A stretch of DNA of 64,000 bases from Auanema rhodensis. Its lineage: Eukaryota; Animalia; Nematoda. Of this stretch, positions 11,206 to 24,445 are shown in pieces. Below the pieces are notes generated by a model. That model ran no database searches and was not told where the DNA came from. It saw nothing but the letters and a program-made list of their open reading frames with translations. The DNA is taken from positions 14,756,001 through 14,820,000 of the forward strand of contig OZ059894.1 in NCBI GenBank assembly GCA_964057225.1, in the 5' to 3' direction. Each line of letters starts with the position of its first letter. The stretch's first letter is position 1. The translations under genes were made by a program, and so were the position numbers.

Positions 11206-12377
11206 TTTTCTAGAAGAGATAACGATAATGTGTGAAATAAACAGGTTATTAATCCAATTTTTAACCAACGAACAATAACTACTATCTTTAACGGAAGTTT
11301 AAGTTAATCAACTTAGAATCATTTGAATCAATATGAATCGAAAACAGTGTTAAAGGACGATGTTGATGTCACATTACAATCGGAGTGAATGAAACGCCGA
11401 GAAAAGATACTTAGTGTGACTCAATTTTGTAATGATGACTCATATGTAATCATCTTCTAATTATACTATAATGAATATATTGATTAAATATTTTATTAAC
11501 CTTAACCCCCCTAAATATCTAAGAAATTTTAGTCATGTAAAACTCTACAATAAATATGTAAGTGTATTTGCACCTCTCCGTTGGCAACAAATTTGTTTGA
11601 GCGAAGATCTTGAACAATTATATTTTTGTGTTTCAAATGTTGTCGATGTATGATGCTGATGTTTCGTCAAAAATGTGGGCTGCAGAACACCTTGCCGATA
11701 AGTGAAAAATACGCCTATGTCTGACAAAGCTGGTCAAATTTAAGCAACTCTAGTAGTCTGAATCTGACTTCTCTTCACGAGTAAACAACGACAGTGAGAA
11801 GGAAAATACGGAAGTGAAAGAGAACGAGAGAAACAACGAAATAGAGTATGAAAAGAAAAAGATGAAGGAGAATGCGATAAAAACATTTGTTTGCCTGGAG
11901 TTTCCCCTTTCCCCAATTGCAGAAAGGGCAGACCAACCAGAAGGATATTGTTGTGTGGTTCATAGTCGCCATGTCTGCTGATGCTGAGTGAGTTTGAATA
12001 TGTTTTAAATCTTTATTATCATCTATGTATATGTATATATATATATACTTTTTTGGGGAACTGTTTAACATAAAGCTGGAATATATAAGTAACTACAGCT
12101 TGTTATTTTGCATAAATTAATCAATATAAAATGCATTCTGCTAACTCATATTCCCTTTATTGAATAAGCTCAATAGTTGCGAGTTTATTGATCTAGTTCT
12201 TCAAAAATATATGAAAATATGTATGACAGTAGTTCGATTTTTTACGTCAAAGATATTTTGCATTGAAGTTGTAACGAGCATCTTTTTGTTATTCAGTACG
12301 AGGGATGAATGAAAGTGTTATGGAAACTCATGTCAATCTTTCTTTCACTCAGTCCACAATAAAGATCTAGCACCAAG

Positions 12378-15300
12378 ATGACGTCAAGGTGAGCATCTTG
12401 TATTTGATGTTATAACATCACTAATACATGGAAATTTACCGTACAGAGTGGCCATGTACTCCACATCATTTATGATTAATAACATACGACGTGCGGTTGT
12501 GTATAACTTCTCGCCCTTTCCATTGCGTAAATATGGAATTTTTCAAATTTCGAAGACATCGATAAACCACTACTCTAACAATACTTTTGAGAATGAACAT
12601 TGTTCGGAGAAAGCCTCACTCTCAGACAGCAGGTTTGAATATGTTTACTTTCTATCATCATTCGTAGCTTATTTTTACATTGACAATATTGCTTCTATTT
12701 GAAGAGAGGTTGACGCAATTCAATTTACGAATGTGAAAGGTAGAGCTAGATATATGATTGTTTCTCGGTACAAGTTGAAAAGTAAGGTTATTCAAATTCA
12801 CATAGTTATAATAATAAAAAAGCAATGAATGAACTAAAACATATTTTTTTCATTACATGATAGAGGAAAAATTAAAGATTGAAGAACTAAAAGGATATTA
12901 GTAGGATTACCAAATTCTTATCACATAGTCGTATGTATGTATATGATATTAGTAGATAAATACGTTCTGTTGTTCAAAATTATATGTGAATTTCATTTTG
13001 GTTATTTCCTTGCGGTTGATTTTGTTTTATGAGAAAGCTATAGCAACCAGGTTCATAAACTAGGCCAATGTTCAGAGAAGATCATGAAAATATCCTACAC
13101 TTACTTCTTTCTGACTCCACCTCTGCACCATTTCCACCACTGCCCTCTCCACGCCTCCCTCCCCGAAAAGGAAATAGACAAAGGAAGGATTGTATTAGTT
13201 ATTATCTAACACTGATAGCTCATGTAATCTCTATCTAGCAATGTAGTCGATTCGTAGGCCAAAATGATGTTTTACTGTTTCTAATGTTCAGCATCATCTT
13301 TTTGTATGAAGTGCGATATGTTAATGTTCATTTATAGATAACATTTTATGTCGTATCAACTTTATTTCCAAGAGATTATCATGATCTTTCTGTACTCAAG
13401 TATAACCTAAATGTATCTATATATACAAATATATATATTAAATCCTAGTCATTTCTTTAATAAGGTGCTAGAATCATTCAAGGTTGCCCTCGCCAAAATA
13501 ACTTCTATTTCAAAACCAAGATTTTGATTCATATACCCTTGCCCTTCGATCTCGCAATGCTTCACTTGACCTAAGCTAAAAGGCCAAATTAAGTATAGCT
13601 GGTCAAAGTTTATATATTTTTTTGATTTCATAGATTGCAAACTTAACGTTTTCTCTGATATGTGTAGACAGAATTTGTCTCATTTCATTACTGGATTATG
13701 CCCTGGCTTATTATCTTGTGAGACTATGGGCGTATATGGTCATGTCATACGTAATATTAAAAGATTATTAGTTGACACCCATAAATAAATTTGTATCATT
13801 TTCATATATGGTCTTTCAAGAATCATATTTTTATTATCAGTTTTAAACTTTTTTATTTGGTTTATCAGTTCAATATGAACCTATTTCTCTTTCTAAAACT
13901 GTTCTTTTTGAAATTCGCATAACTAGTCTAATTAATTTCATTTTCGTTTTTTTGTTGATGAAACTATCATTCCGCCCATAAACAAAAATAAATTTGGTTA
14001 CAAACATTCAAAAAATGAATAATAAGCCAAGTGATTTATTTTTAAAAATTATTGTTCAGGATGAACTGTTGTGGGCCTCCACAGGTCGAACCTGAAATGG
14101 CTATAGATGATTCTCCAATCGTTAAGGAAACGCTTGGACCAGCTTCCGAGTTAGCTCCTGGACAGTATGTTTCGAATGACTTCATAAGTATTTTGAATCA
14201 TTGTTCAGAAAAAAAATATACGAAGTTCGTGGAAGAAAAATCTTGGTTGTTAATGATAATAATAAGTACTTTGCAACCAGTGGCTTATGCTCTCACTACA
14301 ATTGGCCCTTAGATACAGGTAGAATATTCATTTTCAAGATTCACATTTTGAGATAATTATGTTTGAAGGATTCTATCATAAGGGAACTATTCGTTGTCCC
14401 CTCCATGGAGCTTGTTTTAATATGAAAACAGGTGATATTGAAGATTATCCTGGTTTTGATAATCTGCATGCCTTCGAGGTTAATTTCCTCCAAATTCGTA
14501 ATTAACTCGATTCTATTTAGGTTAAAAAAAGTGGAGATGATTTGATCATTATCGGAACTGAGAAAAAGTTTGCTTCTGACAGACGACGCAAGGAAGCCAA
14601 AAGTCACAAGATTGTGAAAGATAATCCAATCATCGTAATTGGATCAGGTATCCCTTTGTTTTTCAAATTTTGTTGTTATTTCAAAAATTTGAAGCTCAAA
14701 ATTACATATTTTAGGACCTGCTGCTGCGAACTTTATTGAACACGCTAGAATTAATAAAGTAAATGTTCCAATGAAGCTAATAACAGAAGAAGACTTTCTT
14801 CCATACGATCGTGTACTTCTAAGCAAAGTATTAGACTTACTTTGATTTTGATAAATTAAAAACATTTGTTTAGTATCCAAGCATTCCATATGAAAACTGT
14901 CGCCTACGTGACGATGAATATTATAAACAACATAATGTAGAAGTTCTATTGAACTCAAGAGTAAGTTCCTTTCCTTTAATATGTGTTTTCTACTTTTATC
15001 GTTACTTTTAACAATTCTATTTTAAAAACTTTATACATCATACATCAAAGCTAAAAGTACAACCGCTTGTCACGTCGAGATGATCATAAATGAATATTAT
15101 TCTGAAAGATCTCGATCAAATTTTACTTGTGATTCGTTATTTTGATTCAAAAGAGTATTACGTTTGAGTTCATTGATTCTCACTGTTTCTTGTTTTTTTT
15201 CTTTTGAGCGTATATCTTAGGTAACTGACATTGATACAAACCGTCGTACAATAACAACATCAAATGGGGGAACATTCAATTATTCCAAGCTTGTTATTGC

Positions 15301-16990
15301 TACTGGGGGACATGTTAGGAAATTAACAGTGCCTGGAAAAGATTTGAATGTATGTTTACATGAAAATAAAACCATTTTCTAATTTTTCATATTAGAATAT
15401 TTACTATTTACGTACATTAAAAGATTCGCACACAATTGCTCAAAGTGTGGCTGGAAAGAATGTCGTTTGTATTGGTGCTTCATTTATCGGTACTTGAAAG
15501 AAATTCGACTTTTTAAGAAAAATATAATTTCAGGACTCGAGATAGCTTCATGCATTTATTCAGAGGCTGCATCCGTTACAGTATTAAGCAGTTCATTAGA
15601 GCCGCTGCCCGCTTTCGGAAATGATATTGGAGCTGTTGTCCGAAAAGTAATTTTTGCGATGAAATTGAAAAGTTCTGTTCATAATTTCAAATTTAGCGGT
15701 TTGAAGAAAAAGGCGTCAAAATTATATGTTCTGCACAAGCCGTTGAAATTCAAGGAGACACGGAAGTTACTGGAGTAGTCCTAAAGGACGGTACCCAACT
15801 TCCTGCTGATGTTGTTATTGCAGGAATTGGTAAGTTGATGTTTTCGAATTTTTTTTTTTTTTTTGTTTTGTTTTATTGTCAAGTTTTTAAATTATATACA
15901 CTATTAATCGTGTGATTTATAGGTGTTGTGCCAAATACAGAATTCTTGAAAAATACAAACATAAAACTGGATAAACGTGGCTTCATCGTTGTTGATAAAC
16001 ATTTCCGGGTAGCTATATCCTGTTATTAATATTATTATTATATCATTATATAGACAAATGTGGATTGGGTGTATTCAATTGGAGATGTTTGTGCTGGCCC
16101 TCTTGATCGTTGGAATCTAGATTCTCATAACATTCAGCATTTCCAAACTGCTCAAGCACATGGTATGTTCAGGAAATGTAGCAATTATGCATATATTATC
16201 TTATTAGGCATGCTTCTTGGACATAGTATTATCGGAAAACCTTACCCTAAAACTCCAGTTCCATTCTTTTGGGGTAGATTCTTTGCTGAATTTGCCATTT
16301 CATTTTCGGGTATTCATCAATCAGCATCTATTATTGAAATATACTTTAAACTTCTACAGGAGTTGCTCTTGGAGATGAAGAAACGTTTGTTCGTGGTGAT
16401 ATGGATCAACTTAATTTCACAAAATACTACTTCAAGTAAAAAAAAAAAACAAAAAAGTTAATAAACAAAACAATAATATACGTTTGTTTCAGAGACAATA
16501 AAGTGGTAGCTGCTGCTGGTGCAGGACCAGCCGTTGTTCCAATTCAATTAATTGAAATTTGGGAAAGAAATAAGAATATTACAAAGGATGAAGTTCTTCA
16601 GTGAGTTCTTGCTTATATTAATTCAAAAACATCAACCAGAGTTTGCTATGATTGAAGTCATGAATTCATGACACAATCGAAATGCAGATATTACAATTAT
16701 CCAATGAACTTTTATTGATCTTGTATCCATTAATCTCATTAAATTGAGATAAAATTTCTTTGTTGTAAATGATATAAAAAGATTTCTAAGCAATTAAAGT
16801 GTGGTGGCCACCTGTCAACTTACCTGACTTTGTAGATCTCACTTCCTTCATCCTCTTTTGAAATAAAAAAACGAATAGATTGCTGAATACTGAGAGACAA
16901 ACTAAATTAATATTTTTCTCAAATTTTAAATTATTTTTATAATTTTCTTACAGGAATGAGTCGGACAATTGGCAGAAGATGTTAGCTTAA
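12378..16990 (+). CDS. AIFM3: AIFM3/AIFL-like Rieske [2Fe-2S] + FAD/NAD oxidoreductase (long form; a short form could start at ATG 14061)
   Basis: Rieske motifs GLCSHYNWPL and IRCPLHGACFN. FAD motif IVIGSGPAA, LPYDRVLLSK, LVIATGG, NAD motif IGASFIGLE, ADVVIAGIGVVPNT, YSIGDV, PVPFFW. Stop at 16988-16990. Upstream exons 12378-12388 and 12447-12632 splice in phase to 14060 but are less certain than the core. Confidence 0.88.
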
Positions 16991-19072
16991 CGTATTTTGT
17001 TGTTGTTAAGGTTTTTCATAAATTTTTACTAGTCTTGTAATAATTGAAATGCTGTCATATACTTTATTTTCTTCATTATGAATGTTTTTTATTAGTTTAC
17101 ATTGAAGATACGTCGAATACAGATTTTTGTTTAATGCTTTGCAAAAATTTTATCGCTAGGTGTGACTCGAGCACTCAGAAGCCAGGAGGCGCTCCTGGCT
17201 ACGCTCAACTTCAGATCAATTCGTTTATCTGATATCAAGCCTAACTAATGTTTTCCAATTAATTTTTCCCGAAAATAAAAGCTTATATCGATCTTACTTA
17301 TCTTTCTTATTGGAGGTTGCTGTGATTTTTCTCAACTGTCGCCATTTCTGCTAGAGTCAATCAGCTGGTCATTTCTTCCCTTCAGCTGTACAATCCTGTT
17401 GAATGTTTTCTTTCTTTTGCAAACATCATCCCAGAGTGCTAAATATTTCTGAATAGATGTCTTTTCTTGCAAAAACAACTGTTTTTTTCATATTTCGCAT
17501 TGTTTTCTTTTCAACTAAAATAGTTTATTTTCCTAAACTCTTTTCCCTCATCATCAATTGAGCTTATTACGTTTATTTTATTGATGATTTAGAAAGAAAG
17601 ACGAAAGAAAAAGATTCTTTTCTAGTAAAAGGTCAGGTACTATTTTGACCTATCAACACTAGTCAGCTGATAAAACATCAGTCTTGGATCAGTTCAATAA
17701 TCTAAAAATCTATTTGCAGCAGCTTTCTATTACAAATTCACAGTCTTTATCAAATTCTTGTAGTTTACGAAGTTTATTGGAACTTTTGGCACATTTTGTT
17801 TTCATACGTAATGCTTTACATATGTTTTTGAACATAATAATGTTGAACTTTTACCTACAGATAATGATCGAGTTTTATTATTTTCCAGATTTCAATCAAT
17901 TGTATTCCATAATTTTAATTCTTGTTAAAGTACTCATTTAAGATTACATCATTGAATGATCATATATCATGCTAACTGTGTTCGTATCCGATCAAAGGTC
18001 TCTCATATACTATTCTCATTTGTATCAAAAAAAGCGATTGACAGAAGATAGAGAAAGTGGTATAAAAAGATTCAGCTAAATCTTTGATTTCTATCCTAAA
18101 AATTTGGTGAAGTGTGATATCTATTGGCTTAATTGTGAGTGATCAAGAAATTCTAAACCTTTTGCTCAGAAACTTCTTCAATTCATCTGGTGAAGAAGTT
18201 AAGCAGAGGGTGTAATAGATTTAATTCAACTACTCTGAATGACTTAAGAGAATTTATTACTCTTACTATTGCTTCAAATTACAATCTTCACAAACTTTGA
18301 GCTTGGTTTCGATGTTTTTTTTTTCAAATTCTCATTTTTTAATTTCCTTTCCCGGTATCTAATCTATTAGATTATGAGTAGAAATAGAGATAATCGAACT
18401 ATCAGGGATAAAGTATAAATGAGAGAGTATTTTAATCTCAGGTATTTCCCCAGAGAGATTAGAGAAAGAACATACTTTTTCATTTGCACCTCATCTCCCC
18501 CTCTATCACAACTTAGAGCAGAGCAGATAAGCTTGAATGGACGAGGGAAGATCTCTTGTCCGATCCGACCAATTGTCATCTTGTGTCGTAATATACCCAA
18601 GCTATTTGGTTCCAATAGATTTCACATCACCTATTATATGATTTGCCTGATAGACTTTAGCAACAGCTTTCCATATCTTGAAGAGAACGTTTTTTACTCC
18701 AATCTTGCTGTCATTTTTTTTTTCATTTAACATGAAATTTGACCATTGGTTTAAGTTTAATTTAGCTCGTTCTCACGTATATCATCGAAATATAACGTGC
18801 AAAGTGTAACGAGCCACTTAGCTTTCTCTCATAATCTGTTTTACTCTATACTTTGAAAATGAATCATACTTTCATTAGAGATTCAACTAACATTGATTCG
18901 AATTTCGCCTATCATTCATTAAAAACAACTTTTGGTTTTCATCTAAAATTAAACAATTTTATTTAATTTCGTATTTAATATTTATATTATTTAATTATAT
19001 TATTAGTCGAATAAAACATCATTTATTTTTCTTTCCAGAATCTGATTGAAAAAAAATAAATATTTATCTCCT

Positions 19073-21771
19073 ATGGCTGTACAAGATAGGCTTAATGATC
19101 GAACTAATTCAAAACATGAAAAGAATAGATATCGTACTTGTTGTAACATATGTCATATAAAATGCGGTAAGTTCAATTTTATTTGTATTAATCTATAATA
19201 TTAAAAAAATATTTTCCAAATGATGCATCAATATATGAAATGCTTACTATTCCTATAATATGCTAATTATTATTATGATCACGTGGATTAAACGTGAAAT
19301 GAGCTATTGTATTATTAGACCAATATAGATCGGTTGCATTCCATATTTTTTCAATAATCTTAGGTTGTATTATCGCTTATTCATATTTTATACGTTTAGG
19401 AACAGTTTTTCTTGGTGCAATTGAAGCTATGGTCAGTATATTTGTTTTAATTACTGTTATACAGCAAATTATGTGGAAAAATGAAACCTCAGCAGAATGC
19501 AGTAACAGAAGGTAAGCGATCAAATCCTTAATAGTATAATTTGTTTGTATTTTCAGTTTCTTACGGGACTGCCTAATATTTCAATTTAGCCATTTCAATA
19601 TAACATTAATTTTTGATTATATTGTTGTTTTAATGATGATATTTATTTTATCATCGGTTTGTTCACTAGTGAATTTTCTCTTAAAAATATATATTTCGCA
19701 GATATTGTTACTAATGTGTGGATTACTATCAGATACATCATGTCTTATACTACCTCATTTAGCCGTACAAGGCTTATTTCTCTTATTTTCCTTAGGCTAT
19801 TTTTTATTACATGCCTGGTCATATTTCTACGGAGATTTATATGTGCATGCTAGACCATTCGTGGTATGTGCAATTATTAGTAACAGTTCATGTATCATGC
19901 TTGAATTCAGATGCAATCATTGATAGAACGGATGTGGCTGGCTGCAGTTTTACTAGTATTAGCTGCATTCCAAAGTTATCTATTTTCAGCTGTTGTTCGA
20001 TGCAGCATGTATATATCCGTAAGTGAAATCATTTTTATTATTTTTACTTTTTCAACTACTTAGGGAATCGAAGAATCACGAAGACATCGAGAAAGTGCTT
20101 TTGAAAGATGTAGTGAACGTGTTAGACTAGCTAAAGAAAACGGCTTGTGGAGAACAACAAGCTGGGGTGGAGGCTTCCAGCAGGTAAGACAACTATCATC
20201 CTTAAGCAGTTTTATCATACTTTTCCAGTATAAAGGACAATATGATGAAAGCAAGCCAAAGAAAACTACAAAAAAAGGCTTTAGGGTTCAGTGGAACTTT
20301 AGTCAAAATACAGTTCTAGAAGATGAAGAGGTTCCATTGAATCAGTCAGAGCAGTGAGTTGCGTTCAATGTTATTCCGAATAACGCATTATGTTAAAGAA
20401 CTGAATCCAGTAATCCATCACCACCTCAAACAGCTAGAAGAACATCCCATGATTCCACAGCCAGAAGAACATCTTTGGATTCAATGGCTAGAAGAACATC
20501 TCATGATTCCGCATCTCGCAAAATAACACCACCATCACCGCAGCATCGCAAGCCAGAACCGTGTATATATACCAATGTAGACGAAACCCGAAGGCCAAGA
20601 ACGTTGTCAGAGGTTAAGCGAGCCAGTAGTTCCCAATCTCACATGACAGATGAGATTACACGCTTTCATAAAGAAACAAAGTTAGTTTTAACTAATAGTT
20701 ATATTCTATATTTATACGGCATATTATCTTTCAGGTCATATGAACACGGTTCAACAAGACGACAAACATCAGAACATAAAAAAGAAAACACACAAAGACA
20801 AAGTAAAATCCGTCTCATTAAATTTTTGGAAAATATGAGATTTAGATACTCGAACCAAAGACTCTGGCCCTGTGATCGTGACTCAACCAACAATCCAAAC
20901 CACAAAAAGCTACAAAATTGAGGTTTGTTGTCCTAATGCTTCGTTTGCAAAAAAACCGTAACTATTTTGTACTCATACAACAGGTATTTGAGTAAGAAAT
21001 AATAAGTTTATGTCTACTGGTCATAAGGTATAACAGATGAGCTCGTTAATCAAGATTTCAAACAGAATTCCATAGACAAGAGGCAATTGAGAGGAAGCAA
21101 TAGAAAAGTTAAAAACAGCTGCGCTTCATAGCAGAGCTAGACCAAACAACAAGATATCTTTTGAAATTAAAAAAATCATTTCAGATACGAAAAGCAGAGT
21201 ATTCCAAAGACATTAAACCTTCTGGAAGTAGAAGTCCAACAAGAAAGTCAGACAGGCACCAAGAAGAGACCAGGCATACTGACGAACATGTTTACAAAGT
21301 TACGCCTCAAACTATTCATTTCAAGTAATCTCATTTGTAGAAACAAAAAAAATATCCCATATCATTTTAAGACCCAAAAATACTACCAGCAGACCTCCTC
21401 TCCGGTCGTACAAAAGTGTAGATTCAGAAGAATCTTCTGAACAGCATGGAGTATTAAAACCAGACATCAAGCCAACGGGACACAGAAGACGGTAATTCAA
21501 AAAAAGAAAAAATTTTTTAAACAACTTTATTTTCAGTTCATCATCGGGTCTAGAGGATGGAAAAACAATAACCCATCACATTCGATCGCATCGGTCCCCC
21601 GAAAGTGAGTTGAAAGAAATTTCTATTTTGATGCACCAGTTTATTCTATTCAAAATACTCTTATACAAACTTTAAACGAATCCATAGAAAAGTCTAACAA
21701 AGTATATTTCAGAGAAACACGAGAACCTGCTCGTAAAGAAAGTTTCAATTTCTGCCACTGTCCATCCATAA
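19073..21771 (+). CDS. LAPTM4/Mtp-like four-transmembrane protein with a long Ser/Arg-rich cytoplasmic tail
   Basis: MAVQDRL...YRTCCNICHIKCGTVFLGAIE (CC..CH..GT..G motif of LAPTM-like tetraspan proteins), four hydrophobic segments, LWRTTSWGGGFQQY, and a tail ending ...KKVSISATVHP*. The tail exon chain is less certain; a clean path joins 20802 to 21341. Confidence 0.72.
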
Positions 21772-21785
21772 AAGATGAGCATTTC

Positions 21786-22805
21786 TCATTTGGCGATCTC
21801 GAATACTCCTTGCTTGATCAGCAGTTCACAATCCTGACGAGGAAGAGAGTGCTAAACAGAATATCACTACCAACTTTGCAAATTCTCTTAAAGAACGCCA
21901 TGTGGTGTTTTCACAAAATGGGTTCTAGTCAAATAGCCAGTCCGGTGTCTTTCATGATTTAAAAATATATTTAATAATAAAGCTTACTATGGAACTTTTT
22001 TTCAACATTACGACATTACCATCCGAAGTTTCAAATTGGCCATAGTCCACAAGCACACGAACCTGAGATGAATGAAGATGAGAGAAAAACAGATCTTATA
22101 CCTGAAGGTACAAAGTTTGCGGAGGATGTGTACAACGCATCAAATCTAATCCGTTTTCACCTAAAGCAACCTGGAACATTTTACACTAAATGAGATAAAG
22201 TGCAGGTAAACAAACTTGGAAAGTAGCAAGATTGGTGCAGTATTTATTAAAGAATTCAATTTCACTTTCACATAAATTATTCTGCAAATGAGCTTAAATA
22301 CTAAAAATTAAAAGCTATATTTTGTTCACTTTGACTGCGAGAGGTAGAACACCCCCAAACCTCCAGCGATAACTCTTTATTCTTTTCGCTCTCTCAGTCG
22401 AGTAAGCTGTGCAGCAACGCTGAAATATGGGTCAACTAATGATTAGAATGACTAGAATGATTAGAATGAAACTAACAATCACAAATTTGATAACTTCATG
22501 TCGGAATGTATTGATTTGTAATGCATCTTGGGTTGCTGAACCGCTTCGGACAGTTTGACTGAAAACAATAATTGTAACAACTTATGACAGAAGTGTGGCA
22601 AACAAAGTTAAAGCGCATTGTTGATATAATTCATTAATACCGTTGGAGCATGCTCTCATCAATTCATCCTTAAAAAAAGAATAACTTTAAAATAAAACAT
22701 TGGGCTTACATTATATGGAGGAATAAAATCTGGATTTCTTTTCAATTGTTGGACTAACTGGACAGCCTTATCAGCTAAATAACTGGTAGAAGAAGACTCA
22801 ACCAT
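21786..22805 (-). CDS. psf-1: GINS complex subunit PSF1 (GINS1)
   Basis: [121 protein letters not shown]. These match recalled Psf1 signature segments. Confidence 0.93.
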
Positions 22806-23845
22806 AATAGTTTAGTGTTAGTGTAGCGCAATGAACCGAAAAACAAAAATCATTTATCCGTTTCTTTGAAGCACGATCAAAATATAAGATGGGTATCAAC
22901 CCACATAAACAGTAAACAGAAACAGTTTAAAAAGTTCATTCTGTTACAATAAATCAATTAACGTTTTTCCTAGTAAGTGAGATGTCGCCATTTTTCAGCT
23001 TCTCTATCTTCTTTGTTATCCTTGTGCTATGAAGGTTTGAGAAACAAAAGAAATGAGAATGAAGATTAAGGATTGCTACAAATTCACCATATGTGGTATC
23101 CTATAATTAGTTTATTAAATGTATTAAAATTATAACATACCTACTCAAAAATGAGGAGCGGCATAAGGGTAGGGAAGATCATTTTATATAGCGAAAACTA
23201 AGAAAAAATCTTGGCTAACTTTTTTGGTTTGATTGAATTACCTTCTAGAAATAACATCTTATCCATTGGGTATTAAAAGAAACTCACACTCAAGTTCTAC
23301 CTGTTCCAGCTCCGGAGTCAATAAGTAAAAAAAATAAACATTTTTTTTTTGCATATCTTACAAATTGTGGGTGGCTAATTACTTTTGTTCAGTAGATACT
23401 GTAATGTAAAATTTTTGAAATTTTAGCTAATTCAAATTGATTTACTTTCAGGGCGATAAGAGAATAGTGTTAATTTAAATTTAGCGCAAAAACTATTTTT
23501 CACGTACTTTATTTGTATTGGAACGACTGTCCAAAAATTTGCGTATTTTTCGATAATGTTAATTGTACATGAAGATTTTCGGAATACTCAAATAAAATTA
23601 TGTTCAAACATGTAAATGTATATTTTTTATACAAATATCAAATATATCTACAATCACACCAACGACATGCATAATTAAATAATTTTTAAGATTTTAATCT
23701 ACTTCTTCTTTTTCATTTTACATATAAAATTACTTATAAACTTGATAACTTGGAACAATGGAGTACAGTAAACATATACTATCGTATATATTCATATTTT
23801 TTAAATAAATTATATGCGCCAGCAATTTAATTTTTTGCAGATTTC

Positions 23846-24445
23846 ATGAGTTCCAATGAAAAAAATGAGCGTGAGGTTGATAAGGACTATTTGGCTTTAC
23901 TGGGTATGCTTGAAGATGTTTCATACCATTTATGAATAATTTTCAGAGAATAAACTGAAAAATTTAAAAGATCCTAATAAGACCACTGCAAAAAAGTTTT
24001 TAAGTGATATAGCTACACAAAAAGATCACCAGGTTTGAGTTATGCACAACATACACAAATGGTTTTTTTATTTAGCTATTTCGACTTCTAACTGCGGAAC
24101 CTAACGATTCTCTAGGATTTGATGATAACTTCGTGGTTGATCAACCTATCGTTCCTAATTATATTCAACGAAAATTTGCTCCTCAAACGTGTGCTGTTAA
24201 TAAGCAGGAATTAGTTAAGTTAGTTAAAAGTGATCTTGTAGATGTAAGTTACCCTTATTAAACGAAGTATCGATATTCTATTTTAGATACTCCATCAAGA
24301 AGTGGATAAATTACACGTAGAGGAAAAAACAGACAGAAAAGAGTTGATAGAGCGCTTAAAACAGGAACAGACTGAGGAGTTGGGAAAGACTGAAAACCTC
24401 CAAACGTGTGAAAAACAAAAGCATGAACCCGAGGATATTGCTTGA
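23846..24445 (+). CDS. CCDC32: CCDC32 (C15orf57)-like protein
   Basis: Four exons: MSSNEKNEREVDKDYLALLENKLKNLKDPNKTTAKKFLSDIATQKDHQLFRLL...YIQRKFAPQTCAVNKQELVKLV...EDIA*. YLALLENKL and RKFAPQTCAVNKQELVKLV resemble the recalled CCDC32 blocks YLASLEKKL and RWLQPDKVAVSTEEVQYLI. Confidence 0.75.

Noticed and set aside
24443-24445. Selenocysteine or programmed read-through at the CCDC32 TGA
   Set aside because: The context is TGA-ATA rather than TGA-CTA, no SECIS-like stem is seen, and the downstream acidic ORF is not in frame.
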